The notes under the pieces were generated by a model. The model ran no database searches, was not told the origin of the DNA, and saw only the letters and a list, made by a program, of their open reading frames with translations. A stretch of 64,000 nucleotides of DNA, taken from positions 28,148 through 92,147 of the IMG/VR virus record IMGVR_UViG_3300032331_001791. One strand, given 5' to 3'. Positions within the stretch are counted from its first letter, which is position 1, and the number at the start of each line of letters is the position of its first letter. A program made the position numbers and the translations under genes. Origin of the DNA: a virus. Shown here one piece after another: positions 10,122 through 20,875 of this stretch.

Positions 10122-10874
10122 ATGTTATTAACAGATGTATTCATAATTGAAAGATTAGAAGTTCTACAAGAAGGAACTGGGAATAAGACCATGAAAGTTC
10201 GTGGAGTTTTCCAGAGAGCCGAAGAATCAAATAACAATGGAAGAATATACCCTACTGGAATTCTTTCAAAACAAGTTGGTAAACTTCAATCAATGATTAC
10301 TGAGAGAAGACTTTGTGGTGAGTTAGATCACCCACAAAATGATTCTGTCAAATTATCAAACGCATCTCATCTTATTACCAAACTAGAGATGAAAGGTAAT
10401 GAAGTTATTGGTGAAGCAGAAATTTTAAATACTCCTGCTGGTTTAACAGCCAAAGCTTTAATTAATGGAGGAGTGAAGATTGGAATTTCTTCAAGAGGAA
10501 TGGGTACTCTATCAGAGGATTCTAAGGGTCAAAAGATTGTCAATGAAGATTTCAATCTAATAACATTTGATCTTGTTGCAGACCCTTCAACAAGAGGAGC
10601 ACATCCAATGGTTTCTGAATCAAAAACACTTTCTTTTGTAAATGAATCTACAACAAAACTAAAGAAAGAAGAAGTATTCCTCACTCTACTAAAGAATAAA
10701 TTTAGCCAAGCATATGATAATTTTATAGATGAGGTTCATGGGGGAACTCATTTAATAGGAAACCAAGCAAAACTTGATGTAAATAAAAGTGGATCTTTAG
10801 ATGCAGAAGATTTTAAAATGTTACGAAAAGGAAAGAAGGCTAAAAAAATATTAAGAGGCATGAGAAAGAAATGA
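10122..10874 (+). CDS. gp21: Prohead core protease (T4 gp21-like)
   Basis: N.NGRIYP, GELDHP, SHLI, GISSRGMG, DLVADPS motifs. Confidence 0.95.
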   Translation: MLLTDVFIIERLEVLQEGTGNKTMKVRGVFQRAEESNNNGRIYPTGILSKQVGKLQSMITERRLCGELDHPQNDSVKLSNASHLITKLEMKGNEVIGEAEILNTPAGLTAKALINGGVKIGISSRGMGTLSEDSKGQKIVNEDFNLITFDLVADPSTRGAHPMVSESKTLSFVNESTTKLKKEEVFLTLLKNKFSQAYDNFIDEVHGGTHLIGNQAKLDVNKSGSLDAEDFKMLRKGKKAKKILRGMRKK

Positions 10875-11590
10875 GCTATTTAAATAAATTAAAATTAATT
10901 TCAGAAGCTCAACCTGCCATGCAACCTAATAAAAAAAAGGTTCCTGGATCAACTAAATCCTCATCTAAAAAAGAGAAAGATTCTGAAAAAGATAAAGAAG
11001 ATAAACCTAATTTAGTAAATACATTTAGCTCAAGCGCAAAAACCGCCTTTACCTCACCAGAAGAAATAGGAAGCAAACTTGGAGGGGGTGCTCTTGGACA
11101 TACTCTTGGAACGGCAAGAACTTTAGCTGGAGCAGCGGCAGGGGTTGCAAAACCTCTTGTAAGTGCTGGATTGAAAACTGCTGGTAAATATATTACAAAG
11201 GGATATAAGAGTTTATTTTCTAAGACTAAAGGAAAACCAGCCCCCACACCTACCGAAAAGCCAAAAAAATTAAGTCCAGAAGAAATTAATAAACTTAAAA
11301 ATACTCAACAAGCTCAAGAAAAAAGAAAACTTAGAACTCAAAGAGATCTTAGTTTAGGTTCTGATTTATCTACTATTGGAAAACAAGCTGGTGGAGTTAA
11401 AGCAATTCGTAAAACACAAAGTGATGATGAAGCACAAAATAGAATGCGGAAGAATAAAGAAATATTAGCAAAAAGAAGATATGCAACTGCTTATGCTAAT
11501 AAAGTTCCTGGGCTAGATAATTTTTCTGAAGGTTCAGAGATTAATAAAGCAAAACTCGCTTATCTTTCTTTATTAAAATATATAAACTAA
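10871..11590 (+). CDS. Basic hypothetical protein (putative internal head protein)
   Basis: Lys-rich; N-terminal LKLISE|A and C-terminal FSE|G. Confidence 0.5.
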   Translation: MSYLNKLKLISEAQPAMQPNKKKVPGSTKSSSKKEKDSEKDKEDKPNLVNTFSSSAKTAFTSPEEIGSKLGGGALGHTLGTARTLAGAAAGVAKPLVSAGLKTAGKYITKGYKSLFSKTKGKPAPTPTEKPKKLSPEEINKLKNTQQAQEKRKLRTQRDLSLGSDLSTIGKQAGGVKAIRKTQSDDEAQNRMRKNKEILAKRRYATAYANKVPGLDNFSEGSEINKAKLAYLSLLKYIN

Positions 11591-11657
11591 TACATTTTTT
11601 AAAAAAAAATAAAAATCGTAGATATAGTTAGTATCTACTTAAAGGATCAGGACTTAT

Positions 11658-12305
11658 ATGCAAAAAAAAATAAATAATATTGTTAGCCTTCTTCCTGAAG
11701 GTCTAGATGAGTCTACAGTAGAAAAAATCTTTCAGTTGGTTGATTCTACAATTACAGAACAAGTAGAGAATAAAATAGGATTGCTCGAAGCAAAAGTTAA
11801 TGCATTTTTAAGAACTAAAATAGATTCTTTAAAAGAACAAGCATTAAATGAGCTTTCAGAAGAAAATGAAATTTATAGAAATGCTAAACTATTTGAGTCA
11901 GTAAAAACTTTAATGACTCTAGAAATTAGCTCAAAGGATGAGAATAACTTAGTTCAAGAAATGAACACTCACCAAAAAGAACTTGATGAAGAGAATGGTG
12001 TTTTAACTTCACAGTTAAATAAACTAATAGAAGAAAATGAAAAGCTTCAAAATACCATCAAGGCTTTAAACAATAAAGTAAACCTTTCCGAGTCAAAAAT
12101 AAAGAAACTTGAGAAAGGAAACACACTCTTAGTAGAAGAAATCGAAAATTTACAGGCTGTCATTGATGAGCCTTTCGCTTCATCAGAGAAGGCTGTAATG
12201 ATTTCTGAAGCTAATCGTGAGGTTAAACAAAAGAATGATTTTAACAATGCATTCTTATCAGAGGCAGTGATGAACTTAATGCCTTTCAGTAAAGCAAAAA
12301 ATTAA
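11658..12305 (+). CDS. gp22: Prohead scaffold protein (gp22-like)
   Basis: Coiled-coil, Glu-rich, directly upstream of the capsid gene. Confidence 0.75.
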   Translation: MQKKINNIVSLLPEGLDESTVEKIFQLVDSTITEQVENKIGLLEAKVNAFLRTKIDSLKEQALNELSEENEIYRNAKLFESVKTLMTLEISSKDENNLVQEMNTHQKELDEENGVLTSQLNKLIEENEKLQNTIKALNNKVNLSESKIKKLEKGNTLLVEEIENLQAVIDEPFASSEKAVMISEANREVKQKNDFNNAFLSEAVMNLMPFSKAKN

Positions 12306-12312
12306 GGAATAA

Positions 12313-13947
12313 ATGCTTATGGATTCAATGTATGTACATGATGAACAATTAGTACAAAAGTGGGAGCCAGTTCTTGACGGCATTAAGACTGACTATGCCA
12401 AAAGAGTTACTGCTCAACTTTTAGAAAACCAAGCCAAAGCGATTGTCGAACAAAAGATGATCAATGAGGCTGATGCTCCAACTTCAGTTGGTAACCTTGG
12501 CACTTTTGCCAAGTTCGCATTCCCACTTATTCGTAGAGTCTATCCCGATCTGATAGCTTCTAACTTCGTTGGCGTACAGCCAATGCAAGGCCCTGTAAGC
12601 CAAGTTTTCTATCTTGGTCACTCACGCCACCATGGAGCAGGTGGTAGAAGCGAAACTATTTATAGTAAGTTTAACATGACCCCCCTAGGCATGGCTGCTT
12701 CTGCAATTGGTTCAGCTTCTGGAAACGGATTTCCAATAAACACCTTTACTGGTACAACAGGGGGTCTTGATGGAGATATAGCAGCATCAGGTGGATTTGA
12801 TGTATCTAATGTGCTTGCATATGGAGTGGCTAATGGTTTTGCTAGTGGATATGGATGGCCTAGCTCAACAATGGGTGGCCGTTTAGCTGCATTCCCAAAT
12901 GCCAATTCAACCATGGGATGGATTGTAAGTGCTGGTGAAAGACTTTCAGGAGATCAAATTCCTGAACTCAGCATTCACATTGAACAGGAAGCTGTAATTT
13001 CAAGAACTCGTAAGATGCGTGCTCTCTGGACTCTTGAAGCTTCACAAGATCTCAAGGCTTATCACAATCTTGATCTAGAGCGTGAACTCACTGATCTTCT
13101 CTCAAAAGAACTTCAGCTTGAAATAGACCGTGAACTAATCGAAGATCTCCGTATGATTGCATATGGATTTAATAGAAACAATTCTATAAATCAGATGGGT
13201 GGAGCTTCTCTAAAGAACATGGATAGCGATTACATTTCTTTAGGTTCCTTTGAAGGTCTTGCAACTGCTTCAACTGCTGCCACTGGTACATTCAGCCCTG
13301 GTCAGTTTAACTATTCTCAAACTGATGGAGTTGTAAGCTATAACATTCCAACTTCAGATGGTAAGAGATCAAATGTCTTTATTTGCGATTTAACAAACGC
13401 AGGAATTACATTTAATCCTCGCCATGTTGGTGAAGCTTATGCTAACCTCTTAGCAGTGATTAACCTTGCTTCACAGGATATCTATAAGACAACTCTAAGA
13501 GGTCCTGGTAGCTGGCTACTCACTTCACCACTAGTTGCTTCACTCCTAGAGAGTGCTGCCAAGCTCGAAGGTGGAGTTGCAAGAGAAGATGGCCCAACAA
13601 ACATGGGCAATGCTGGAATCAGCTTCAAGGGTAAGTTCATGGGACGCTATGACCTTTATGTTGACCCAATGTATCCCGATGATGAGATCATGGTTGGCTA
13701 TAAGGGAGCTAATGCTATGGATGCTGGATTTATCTACGCTCCATACATCCCACTACAGCAACTCCCAACAGTTGTTGATCCTGCTACCTTCCAACCCAGA
13801 AAGGGAATCTTAACAAGATACGGTAAGGTCCAGGTTGAACCTGCCTCAAGATTCTATAGAATCATCAGATTGGTTGGAGCTACTTCTCAGTATCTCTTCG
13901 TCAATGGTTCTCGTAATACTAGGGTCGCAAATACTCCTGTTATCTGA
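12313..13947 (+). CDS. gp23: Major capsid protein (T4 gp23-like)
   Basis: KWEPVL, LLENQ, PLIRR, GVQPM, RKMRALWTLEASQDLKAYH, YAPYIPL, FQPRKGILTRYG. Confidence 0.97.
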   Translation: MLMDSMYVHDEQLVQKWEPVLDGIKTDYAKRVTAQLLENQAKAIVEQKMINEADAPTSVGNLGTFAKFAFPLIRRVYPDLIASNFVGVQPMQGPVSQVFYLGHSRHHGAGGRSETIYSKFNMTPLGMAASAIGSASGNGFPINTFTGTTGGLDGDIAASGGFDVSNVLAYGVANGFASGYGWPSSTMGGRLAAFPNANSTMGWIVSAGERLSGDQIPELSIHIEQEAVISRTRKMRALWTLEASQDLKAYHNLDLERELTDLLSKELQLEIDRELIEDLRMIAYGFNRNNSINQMGGASLKNMDSDYISLGSFEGLATASTAATGTFSPGQFNYSQTDGVVSYNIPTSDGKRSNVFICDLTNAGITFNPRHVGEAYANLLAVINLASQDIYKTTLRGPGSWLLTSPLVASLLESAAKLEGGVAREDGPTNMGNAGISFKGKFMGRYDLYVDPMYPDDEIMVGYKGANAMDAGFIYAPYIPLQQLPTVVDPATFQPRKGILTRYGKVQVEPASRFYRIIRLVGATSQYLFVNGSRNTRVANTPVI

Positions 13948-13971
13948 TAACTAGTTAAACTTTAGTAAATG

Positions 13972-14006
13972 GGGGCTAGAGAATAAAAGTTCTCTAGCCC
14001 CTCTTT
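13972..14006 (+). terminator. Intrinsic terminator after the capsid gene
   Basis: GGGGCTAGAGAA-loop-TTCTCTAGCCCC followed by TCTTT. Confidence 0.8.
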
Positions 14007-14032
14007 GTTACCTATATAATTTAGAGAACTTC

Positions 14033-14242
14033 ATGCTTAAATATAGATCTAAATGTAAATGGAACTTACTTTTATACATAAATGATAAAGTTGTAGAAGT
14101 AAGACCAAATGAAGAATTTGTTTCATCCCATGAAGTAATTTCTAAATATCTTGAACTTATAATTGAAGAATCAGATATTCAATCCATAAAGAAAAAAAGT
14201 AAAGAAAAAGTAAATGAGCCTATCAATAATAGCGAAGCCTAA
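14033..14242 (+). CDS. Small hypothetical protein
   Basis: 69 aa downstream of a CCTATATA element. Confidence 0.5.
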   Translation: MLKYRSKCKWNLLLYINDKVVEVRPNEEFVSSHEVISKYLELIIEESDIQSIKKKSKEKVNEPINNSEA

Positions 14243-15089
14243 TATTCTTCTTTATGGAGATACCTTTGGAAAGTATGGTGGTCAATTATTAACTGATACC
14301 ATACCTTCAGGTGATTTAGATGTTAATGATTTAAATAAATCTACAGTTCTAGATGGGGTAGAATTTAATAGATTTGAACTAGCTGTTAAAGATTATATTT
14401 TAGCTAGACTAGGGCATCCTGTAGTTAGAGTAGAGTTAACTTCATTCCAATTAAAAATTTGTATAGAAGAAGCTATAAATAAATTTGCATACCATGCCCC
14501 TTTTTGGAATAGACAATTTGCAGCATTTGATGCTTCTGCTGGAATTAATCAATATGAACTTCCCGCGCATATAGCACACAATTTAAGTTATGTTAACTAT
14601 AGAAAAACTTTATTGACAATAAATGCTGCTGCTGGATCTTTAGAGTTTGATTTCTTCTTAAAATACTTCCAAGATAATTTTGTTTTAGGTGATTTTAGAC
14701 TCGGAGATTATTATCTATTACAAAGCTATATGGAGACTGCTAGAAAAGTATTAGGACAAGAGGGATCTTTTGATTTAGTTAATGGAAAAGTATTACAACT
14801 GTATCCCGCTCCAGCGATTGATGGTGAACGAGTAATATTAGAATATAGAGCAGTTGATTCAAATACTATTCATCCTGCATATAGAAATTGGATTCAAAAG
14901 TATTCTTTAGCGATTGCAAAAGGGGTACTTGGAGAAATTAGAGGAAAGTATAGATCTCTTCCTTCACCTGGTGGTGGTGCTATTTTAAATGGAGATGCTT
15001 TATCTCAAGCTAGTGTTAGAGAAAAAGAAGCTTTAGAAAAAGAATTAATGTCAGAAATAGAAGAGCCGCCAGTATTTACAATGTATTAA
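14214..15089 (+). CDS. gp13: Neck/head-tail adaptor protein (gp13-like)
   Basis: [16 protein letters not shown]; WIQKY.LA..K..LG.IRGKY; PGG...LNG..L. Confidence 0.9.
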   Translation: MSLSIIAKPNILLYGDTFGKYGGQLLTDTIPSGDLDVNDLNKSTVLDGVEFNRFELAVKDYILARLGHPVVRVELTSFQLKICIEEAINKFAYHAPFWNRQFAAFDASAGINQYELPAHIAHNLSYVNYRKTLLTINAAAGSLEFDFFLKYFQDNFVLGDFRLGDYYLLQSYMETARKVLGQEGSFDLVNGKVLQLYPAPAIDGERVILEYRAVDSNTIHPAYRNWIQKYSLAIAKGVLGEIRGKYRSLPSPGGGAILNGDALSQASVREKEALEKELMSEIEEPPVFTMY

Positions 15090-15090
15090 T

Positions 15091-15855
15091 ATGGCAGTAA
15101 AACAAGATAAACCTAAAATTTCAGCTAGTAGAAAACTAAAACAAACATTTTTATCTCCTTTTGGATATGAAGATCCAGAGGCTATAGCTGCTGCCCCAAA
15201 AACTGTAGGCGATTCTGGGGCTTTAGGATTAGTTGCAGGTCCTATGGCTGTGGGGCAACTTGCTCCAGCAGCCACACAAATAGGAAAACAATTATTATCT
15301 AAAGGATCAAAATTAGGAAAAGCTTCAGATGCTTTAGATACAGCACAAGATGCTGCAAGCACTGCTATAAGTGTTGGAGGAAAAACTAGAGAATTAATGG
15401 GAAAAATAGGTTCTGGATTTTTAGATCTTTTTTCTAAAATATCAAATAGGGAGCCTAAGAAAAAAAAGAAATCATTTATGCGAGCCTCTTCTTTTAGGAC
15501 TGAAAATCCAGAAGAGAAAGATAGTGGAGAAGTTTCAGAAGGAAAAAAATATATGCCATTAAAATCAGGATCAAGTCAAAAAACTGTAAGTTCAAACATC
15601 AAAGAACTGATGCACGCTTATAAGAAAAAAGGAAAGATTGGAACTAGCATTCCTAAAGGAAGTAAAGCTGCTCAAAAACAAGCAGTTGCCATCGCTTTAT
15701 CCAAAGCAGGAAAATCAATCAAAGAAGGTAAACTTTGTGCAAAAGGAAAATCTGCTGCAAAAAGAAAGTTCGATGTTTACCCATCCGCTTATGCCAATAT
15801 GTACGCCTCTGCTGTCTGTTCAGGCAAAGTTAAGCCAGGAGGAAAGAAGAAGTGA
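15091..15855 (+). CDS. Basic multi-microdomain protein (internal head protein candidate)
   Basis: [25 protein letters not shown] and [13 protein letters not shown] modules, each preceded by an xxE site. Confidence 0.55.
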   Translation: MAVKQDKPKISASRKLKQTFLSPFGYEDPEAIAAAPKTVGDSGALGLVAGPMAVGQLAPAATQIGKQLLSKGSKLGKASDALDTAQDAASTAISVGGKTRELMGKIGSGFLDLFSKISNREPKKKKKSFMRASSFRTENPEEKDSGEVSEGKKYMPLKSGSSQKTVSSNIKELMHAYKKKGKIGTSIPKGSKAAQKQAVAIALSKAGKSIKEGKLCAKGKSAAKRKFDVYPSAYANMYASAVCSGKVKPGGKKK

Positions 15856-16505
15856 TCATAAACGAAGATCTTAGAAAGTGGGTTGCTGAAAAATGGGTTG
15901 ATATAGGAGCACCTAAAAAAGGTGGAGGATTCAAACCATGTGGAAGACAAAAAGGTGAGAAGCGCAAAGGATATCCTAAATGTGTTCCTCTTGCTAAAGC
16001 TAATTCTATGTCAACATCCCAAAGAAGATCTGCGGTAAAAAGAAAAAGAGCAGCAGGAAATACTGGCCCAAAACCAACCAATGTTGCTACATTCAAAAAG
16101 AAAAATATTCAAGAAGCTTGTTGGAAAGGATATAAGACAAAAGGTATGAAAAAGAAAAACGGAAGAATGGTTCCTAATTGCGTTCCTATGACAGAATCAT
16201 ATATTAATACTTTTCTACTTATTATGGAAGCAACGCCAGCTTGGCAAAGAAGTGAGGGTAAAGATCCTAAAGGTGGATTGAATAGAAAAGGTATAGCTTC
16301 TTATAGAGCAGCTAATCCAGGTTCAAAGCTTTCTATGGCTGTTACTACTAAGCCTTCTAAACTTAAGAAGGGCTCTAAGGCAGCTAATAGACGCAAGTCA
16401 TTCTGTGCCAGAATGGGCGGTATGAAGAAGAGATTAACTTCAGCTAAGACTGCTAATGATCCTAATAGCAGAATAAACAAAGCACTTAGAAAGTGGAATT
16501 GTTGA
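15852..16505 (+). CDS. Basic multi-microdomain protein (DUF5872-like, CWKGY and DUF6321-like modules)
   Basis: LRKW..EKWVD..CGR..YPKC; ACWKGY..VPNCVP; [22 protein letters not shown]. Confidence 0.65.
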   Translation: MIINEDLRKWVAEKWVDIGAPKKGGGFKPCGRQKGEKRKGYPKCVPLAKANSMSTSQRRSAVKRKRAAGNTGPKPTNVATFKKKNIQEACWKGYKTKGMKKKNGRMVPNCVPMTESYINTFLLIMEATPAWQRSEGKDPKGGLNRKGIASYRAANPGSKLSMAVTTKPSKLKKGSKAANRRKSFCARMGGMKKRLTSAKTANDPNSRINKALRKWNC

Positions 16506-16507
16506 TA

Positions 16508-17080
16508 ATGTCTGATCAAAATAAAAATTATAAAGTAACTACAAAGTTACCAGAGCTTCCAGATATAGATACTGGAGACTCTGAACTTAATTTATTTGAT
16601 CAAAATAACCCAGACATAAATTTATTTAATTTAGTAGATGACGAAATAATTAGATTATCAGGAAGTAAGATATATTTTTATAAATATAACCAGTCTGAAG
16701 ATTATGATGAAGTATATTTAGAATCTAGAAACAAACCAATTTCTAAAATACCAATCTTAGTTCATGGTCACTATGAGCCTGATGCTATTGCTGAAAACTT
16801 AACAAATTTTGGAATAGAATTAGTTAGTGATCAATTATTTACATTTAATAAATCATATATTGAAAGAAAACTTGGTAGGCCAGTTATTCCTGGAGATGTT
16901 GTAAAACCAGTATTTCAAAATCAAAAATATGAAATCTATCAAGTAGTTGAAGATTCATTTGAGGCATATGGTATTTATCACTTAGTCTGTAATGCCAAAC
17001 TCTTAAGAGATAATCCGACTAATCAAGATGCTAGGCTCACTGATACATCAGATCCATTGGGAGGATATGATAACAGATGA
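16508..17080 (+). CDS. gp14: Neck/head closure protein (gp14-like)
   Basis: EIIRLSG..Y...YDEVYLE; FGIE...FTF; P..GDVV; synteny. Confidence 0.75.
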   Translation: MSDQNKNYKVTTKLPELPDIDTGDSELNLFDQNNPDINLFNLVDDEIIRLSGSKIYFYKYNQSEDYDEVYLESRNKPISKIPILVHGHYEPDAIAENLTNFGIELVSDQLFTFNKSYIERKLGRPVIPGDVVKPVFQNQKYEIYQVVEDSFEAYGIYHLVCNAKLLRDNPTNQDARLTDTSDPLGGYDNR

Positions 17081-17826
17081 CATCTGGAATTTTACCTGTG
17101 TACATTGCTTCTGAAGTTTTAGATACATCTATTGATCTAAGAACAGTTAGTAGTCTTAATGATACTTACAAAACAAGAGAAGCGCATATTAGAGCAGAGA
17201 TTCAAAAATTAACACAACAAGAATCGAATGTGATAGGGGTCTATAAACAAATTTTAAGATCCATGATTCATTATTTTTCTAATATGGTTTGTATAGATTC
17301 AGAAGGGAAGATCTCTGAGGTAAAATGTATTTATGCAAATCCAGAAAGAATGATTGCAAAAATAAAACAAGAAACAAATATAATACTTCCAATTATATCT
17401 ATTGCACAAAATACATCTACAACTGATTTAAAAAGATCAAGATATAAATCTATGCTAGTCCATGAGGTTGCGTATGATCGAGAAACTAACCGTGCAACTA
17501 GAATATTAAGTATCGCTCCAGTCCCAGTTGTAATTACTTATAATATTAATGTTTGGTGTAAGTACAAGGAAGATTTAGACCAACTTGTTGAGCAGATTAG
17601 ATTAAAATTTAATCCAGATGCTGATCTAAGTATTGATGGACATGATTTAATTAAAGCTTATTTACAAGAGGGTGAGAGTTTAGAGGGGGGTAATTTTGAA
17701 GCTGGAAACCAAGAGGATAGGACTTTAAAGAAAATTTTTACTGTAAATGTAGAAACTTATATTAATAATCCTAAGTTTTTAATTACTTCTACTGGAGCTA
17801 TTGAAAGAATAATGTTGGAATTTTAA
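17077..17826 (+). CDS. gp15: Tail terminator/sheath stabiliser (gp15-like)
   Basis: ILPIIS, PVPVVITY, DLDQLVEQI...FNP. Confidence 0.8.
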   Translation: MTSGILPVYIASEVLDTSIDLRTVSSLNDTYKTREAHIRAEIQKLTQQESNVIGVYKQILRSMIHYFSNMVCIDSEGKISEVKCIYANPERMIAKIKQETNIILPIISIAQNTSTTDLKRSRYKSMLVHEVAYDRETNRATRILSIAPVPVVITYNINVWCKYKEDLDQLVEQIRLKFNPDADLSIDGHDLIKAYLQEGESLEGGNFEAGNQEDRTLKKIFTVNVETYINNPKFLITSTGAIERIMLEF

Positions 17827-17878
17827 AAAAATATTTCTAAAAAACATTAAATATCTTATACATACAATAGGAGTTTAT

Positions 17879-18055
17879 ATGAAATTAATTAAAAATACAA
17901 GTCTACAATCTTTTACTATTTTTTTAAATGGTGATAAGGGATGTGTAGAGAAATGGATTCAACCAGGGGAGGGCATTGTAGTTCCCGATTCTTGGGTTTC
18001 TGAGCAAGTAACTACAATGGCAAAGAAAAGAATACTAGTTGTCAGCAACGCTTAA
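17879..18055 (+). CDS. Small protein (58 aa), absent from the ORF track
   Basis: AGGAG SD; MKLIKNTSLQSFTIFLNG...RILVVSNA; fills the gap before the sheath gene. Confidence 0.7.
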   Translation: MKLIKNTSLQSFTIFLNGDKGCVEKWIQPGEGIVVPDSWVSEQVTTMAKKRILVVSNA

Positions 18056-18068
18056 TAGGAGATAAAAT

Positions 18069-20210
18069 ATGCCAAATTTCGTTAGCCCAGGTGTATATGT
18101 AATTGAGAAAGATATATCAGAGTACACGCCATCACTCAATAGCTCTATAGTAGGTATTGTTGGCTTTGCTTCAAAAGGTCCTACTAATAAAGCTACTTTG
18201 ATAACTGATCAAGCCTCATTAGTCAGAATTTTCGGAGAGCCAAGTGAAGATATTTATGGTCAAGGCTTAGAGGGGGCTTTAGAAATATTAGAAACTACAA
18301 ATGCTCTTTATTTTGTTAGAGCAGCAAGCACAGACGCTGCTGATGCATCATCAACTATTCGATTTGGTGCTTGCCCAGCAGTTATAGTTTCTGGTCCAAC
18401 AACTGGTATTACAGGTTCTTTTGGAATAACAAGTTCTTTATATTTAACGATAGATATTTATAATAATAATGGTGTTGCAGAATATGCATCACCAAAAAGA
18501 TTTGCAATTCCTGCTTCAACCATAACTTCTACAGAGTCTGGAGCTTGTCAGGCCAGAGCATTAAAAAAAGTAATTGGGGGTGATTTAGATGCCGATGCTG
18601 TTGGAGTTTTTGATAATAATGAAACTACAACGGGCTTAGGATTATCAGGAGCTATAGTTTCAAAATATGCAGGATCTGGAGCATACATGACTGTCAATGC
18701 GTATGCTAATTCTACTTATACTACAGGATTAGCTGCCTTAGTTGGGGTTGTTCATGCTAGTGGTGGAAATGGCTACTTTGGAGCCTCAGGAGCGGTTGCA
18801 TCTTCAGTTACTGTTTATGGAGCAAGTTTCACAACTGGTACTCTAAGCTATTTAGTAGAATCATTATATCCAGGTGCTGGGTATAATGCAGGAACAACTA
18901 CTGCTGGAGATACTAGTGGAAATTCTATAACTATTAGAAATATCGGTGCTGGTGGATTCTTTGTAGATGTAAACCAAGATGGTGCTGTTGTTGAAAATTT
19001 CAAAGCGCAGCTTTTTGCTAGTGGAGCATTCTTAGAGGATGTTATTAACACTGGAGAAACTGATACTACTTCAGAATATATAAAAGGTAATTTACTAGCT
19101 ACAGGTTCGGACATTGCTACAGTTACAAAACTTAATAACTTTGCAAGTGTTGCAAGTGCATTAGGAGCCGCTGCTATAACAGGAACTCAAGGTGGGGGCA
19201 TTACTTTTACAAATCATAGTCCAGCAAGATTTGTTAAACCTTTAGCAGCAACATATAATCTTGGTAATGGTAATAATGGAGTTCCCTCCACCGAAGCATT
19301 AAGAGCAACTGCTCTCATAGGAGATGCAGCTACAGAACCAAAAACAGGAATGCAAGCTCTTGATGATGATTTACTAAATATAGGAATTGCTTTAGTTCCA
19401 GGAGTTTATACTCAAAGTGTTCAAAATGCACTAATAACTCTTGCTGAAAATACTCAAAACTTTATAGCCTTAGTATCCCCCCCTTATGGAATAGGAACTG
19501 TACAAGATGCTATAGATTGGACAAATGGTAAATCTTCAAGTACAGCAGGATCAAGAACGGCTGCTATCAATAGTTCTTACGCTGCTGTATACTTCCCCCA
19601 TATTAAAGTATTTAGCACATTTGATGCTAAAGATCGTTGGTATGACCCAACTATCTTTGCTGCAAGACAAATGGCATACACTGATTCAGTATCTGAAACT
19701 TGGTTTGCCCCTGCTGGCTATGTCAGAGGTAGATTAACTAAGCCAACTGATGTTGAAGTTAAACTAAATCAAGGGGATAGAGATGTGATGTACAGTGGTG
19801 GAAATGTCATTAACCCAATTGTTAACTTTGCACAACAAGGTATAACAATATTCGGACAAAGAACCACTCAAAGAGCATCCACAGCGTTAGATAGAATTAA
19901 TGTTAGAAGACTAATGATTTATGTAAGAAAGATCATTCTAGCTTCAACAAGAACTTTAGTTTTCGAGCCTAATGATGAATTCACTTGGGCCAAAGTTGAA
20001 GGTCTACTAAATCCATTCTTTGACGATATCAAACAGAGAAGAGGTATTACTGAGTTCAGAGTGATTTGTGATGCCACTACAAATACTCCAGTAAGAATTG
20101 ATCGTAACGAAATGTGGTGTAGAGTTCTAATCAAACCTACTAAGACTGCTGAGATTATAGTATTCGAACTTAACCTCACTAATCAATCAGCCCAATTAGG
20201 TTCACTCTAA
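18069..20210 (+). CDS. gp18: Tail sheath protein
   Basis: SPGVYVIEKD, WFAPAG..RG, INPI, FGQRT, RINVRRL, FEPND. Confidence 0.97.
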   Translation: MPNFVSPGVYVIEKDISEYTPSLNSSIVGIVGFASKGPTNKATLITDQASLVRIFGEPSEDIYGQGLEGALEILETTNALYFVRAASTDAADASSTIRFGACPAVIVSGPTTGITGSFGITSSLYLTIDIYNNNGVAEYASPKRFAIPASTITSTESGACQARALKKVIGGDLDADAVGVFDNNETTTGLGLSGAIVSKYAGSGAYMTVNAYANSTYTTGLAALVGVVHASGGNGYFGASGAVASSVTVYGASFTTGTLSYLVESLYPGAGYNAGTTTAGDTSGNSITIRNIGAGGFFVDVNQDGAVVENFKAQLFASGAFLEDVINTGETDTTSEYIKGNLLATGSDIATVTKLNNFASVASALGAAAITGTQGGGITFTNHSPARFVKPLAATYNLGNGNNGVPSTEALRATALIGDAATEPKTGMQALDDDLLNIGIALVPGVYTQSVQNALITLAENTQNFIALVSPPYGIGTVQDAIDWTNGKSSSTAGSRTAAINSSYAAVYFPHIKVFSTFDAKDRWYDPTIFAARQMAYTDSVSETWFAPAGYVRGRLTKPTDVEVKLNQGDRDVMYSGGNVINPIVNFAQQGITIFGQRTTQRASTALDRINVRRLMIYVRKIILASTRTLVFEPNDEFTWAKVEGLLNPFFDDIKQRRGITEFRVICDATTNTPVRIDRNEMWCRVLIKPTKTAEIIVFELNLTNQSAQLGSL

Positions 20211-20222
20211 TAGGAGATAACT

Positions 20223-20801
20223 ATGCCTCAAAATTATAAAAAGATAAGAGTTCAACAGCCAGTAACAGATAAAACAATACCTGTTATCTCTACTGGATTA
20301 GATTCCGTCAAGAACTATCAGTTTGAAGTTTATATGAACATTCCATCTCTTAACAATGCTGATGGGACAAAGCCAGAACAAATAGTTTTGGCTGCACACA
20401 GAGTTCAAGCTCAAGGTATGGAGATGGATGTTATCGAGGTAAATAGAGTAAATGATAAACTCTACTATCCTGGAAAGGCTAAGATGGATACTCTTCAAAT
20501 TGATTTTGATAATCAATATTTGCAGAAAAATGCTGCTGGTCTTTGGAAATACATGACTAAAATGTATGATCCAATTACTGGTGTACAGAACTCTGAAGTT
20601 TCACCAGGAGGATCATTTAAGATTACTAGTATGAAAATCATTCAATTAAAGAATGATATGACCCCTTACAGTGAAACTACTCTGTATGGAGTATTCCCAG
20701 TATCTTGGAAGTCATCTGAATTAAACTATAATGGAACCTCTGCTTTCCATACAATTACGATGACCTTCAGATATGATTTTATGAATCACGCTCTAGTTTG
20801 A
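20223..20801 (+). CDS. gp19: Tail tube protein
   Basis: Follows the sheath gene; YYPGK, LYGVFP, TMTFRYD. Confidence 0.85.
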   Translation: MPQNYKKIRVQQPVTDKTIPVISTGLDSVKNYQFEVYMNIPSLNNADGTKPEQIVLAAHRVQAQGMEMDVIEVNRVNDKLYYPGKAKMDTLQIDFDNQYLQKNAAGLWKYMTKMYDPITGVQNSEVSPGGSFKITSMKIIQLKNDMTPYSETTLYGVFPVSWKSSELNYNGTSAFHTITMTFRYDFMNHALV

Positions 20802-20821
20802 TTATTATGATATAATTTAAT

Positions 20822-20857
20822 AACCCAACTTATCTTTGTTGGTAAGTTGGGTTTTTT
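20822..20857 (+). terminator. Intrinsic terminator
   Basis: AACCCAACTTATC-loop-GGTAAGTTGGGTT plus T run. Confidence 0.8.
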
Positions 20858-20875
20858 CCTTACCTATAATAAGAT

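Noticed and set aside
8755-13947. Missing portal and terminase as a novelty
   Set aside because: The window is partial; these genes probably lie outside it
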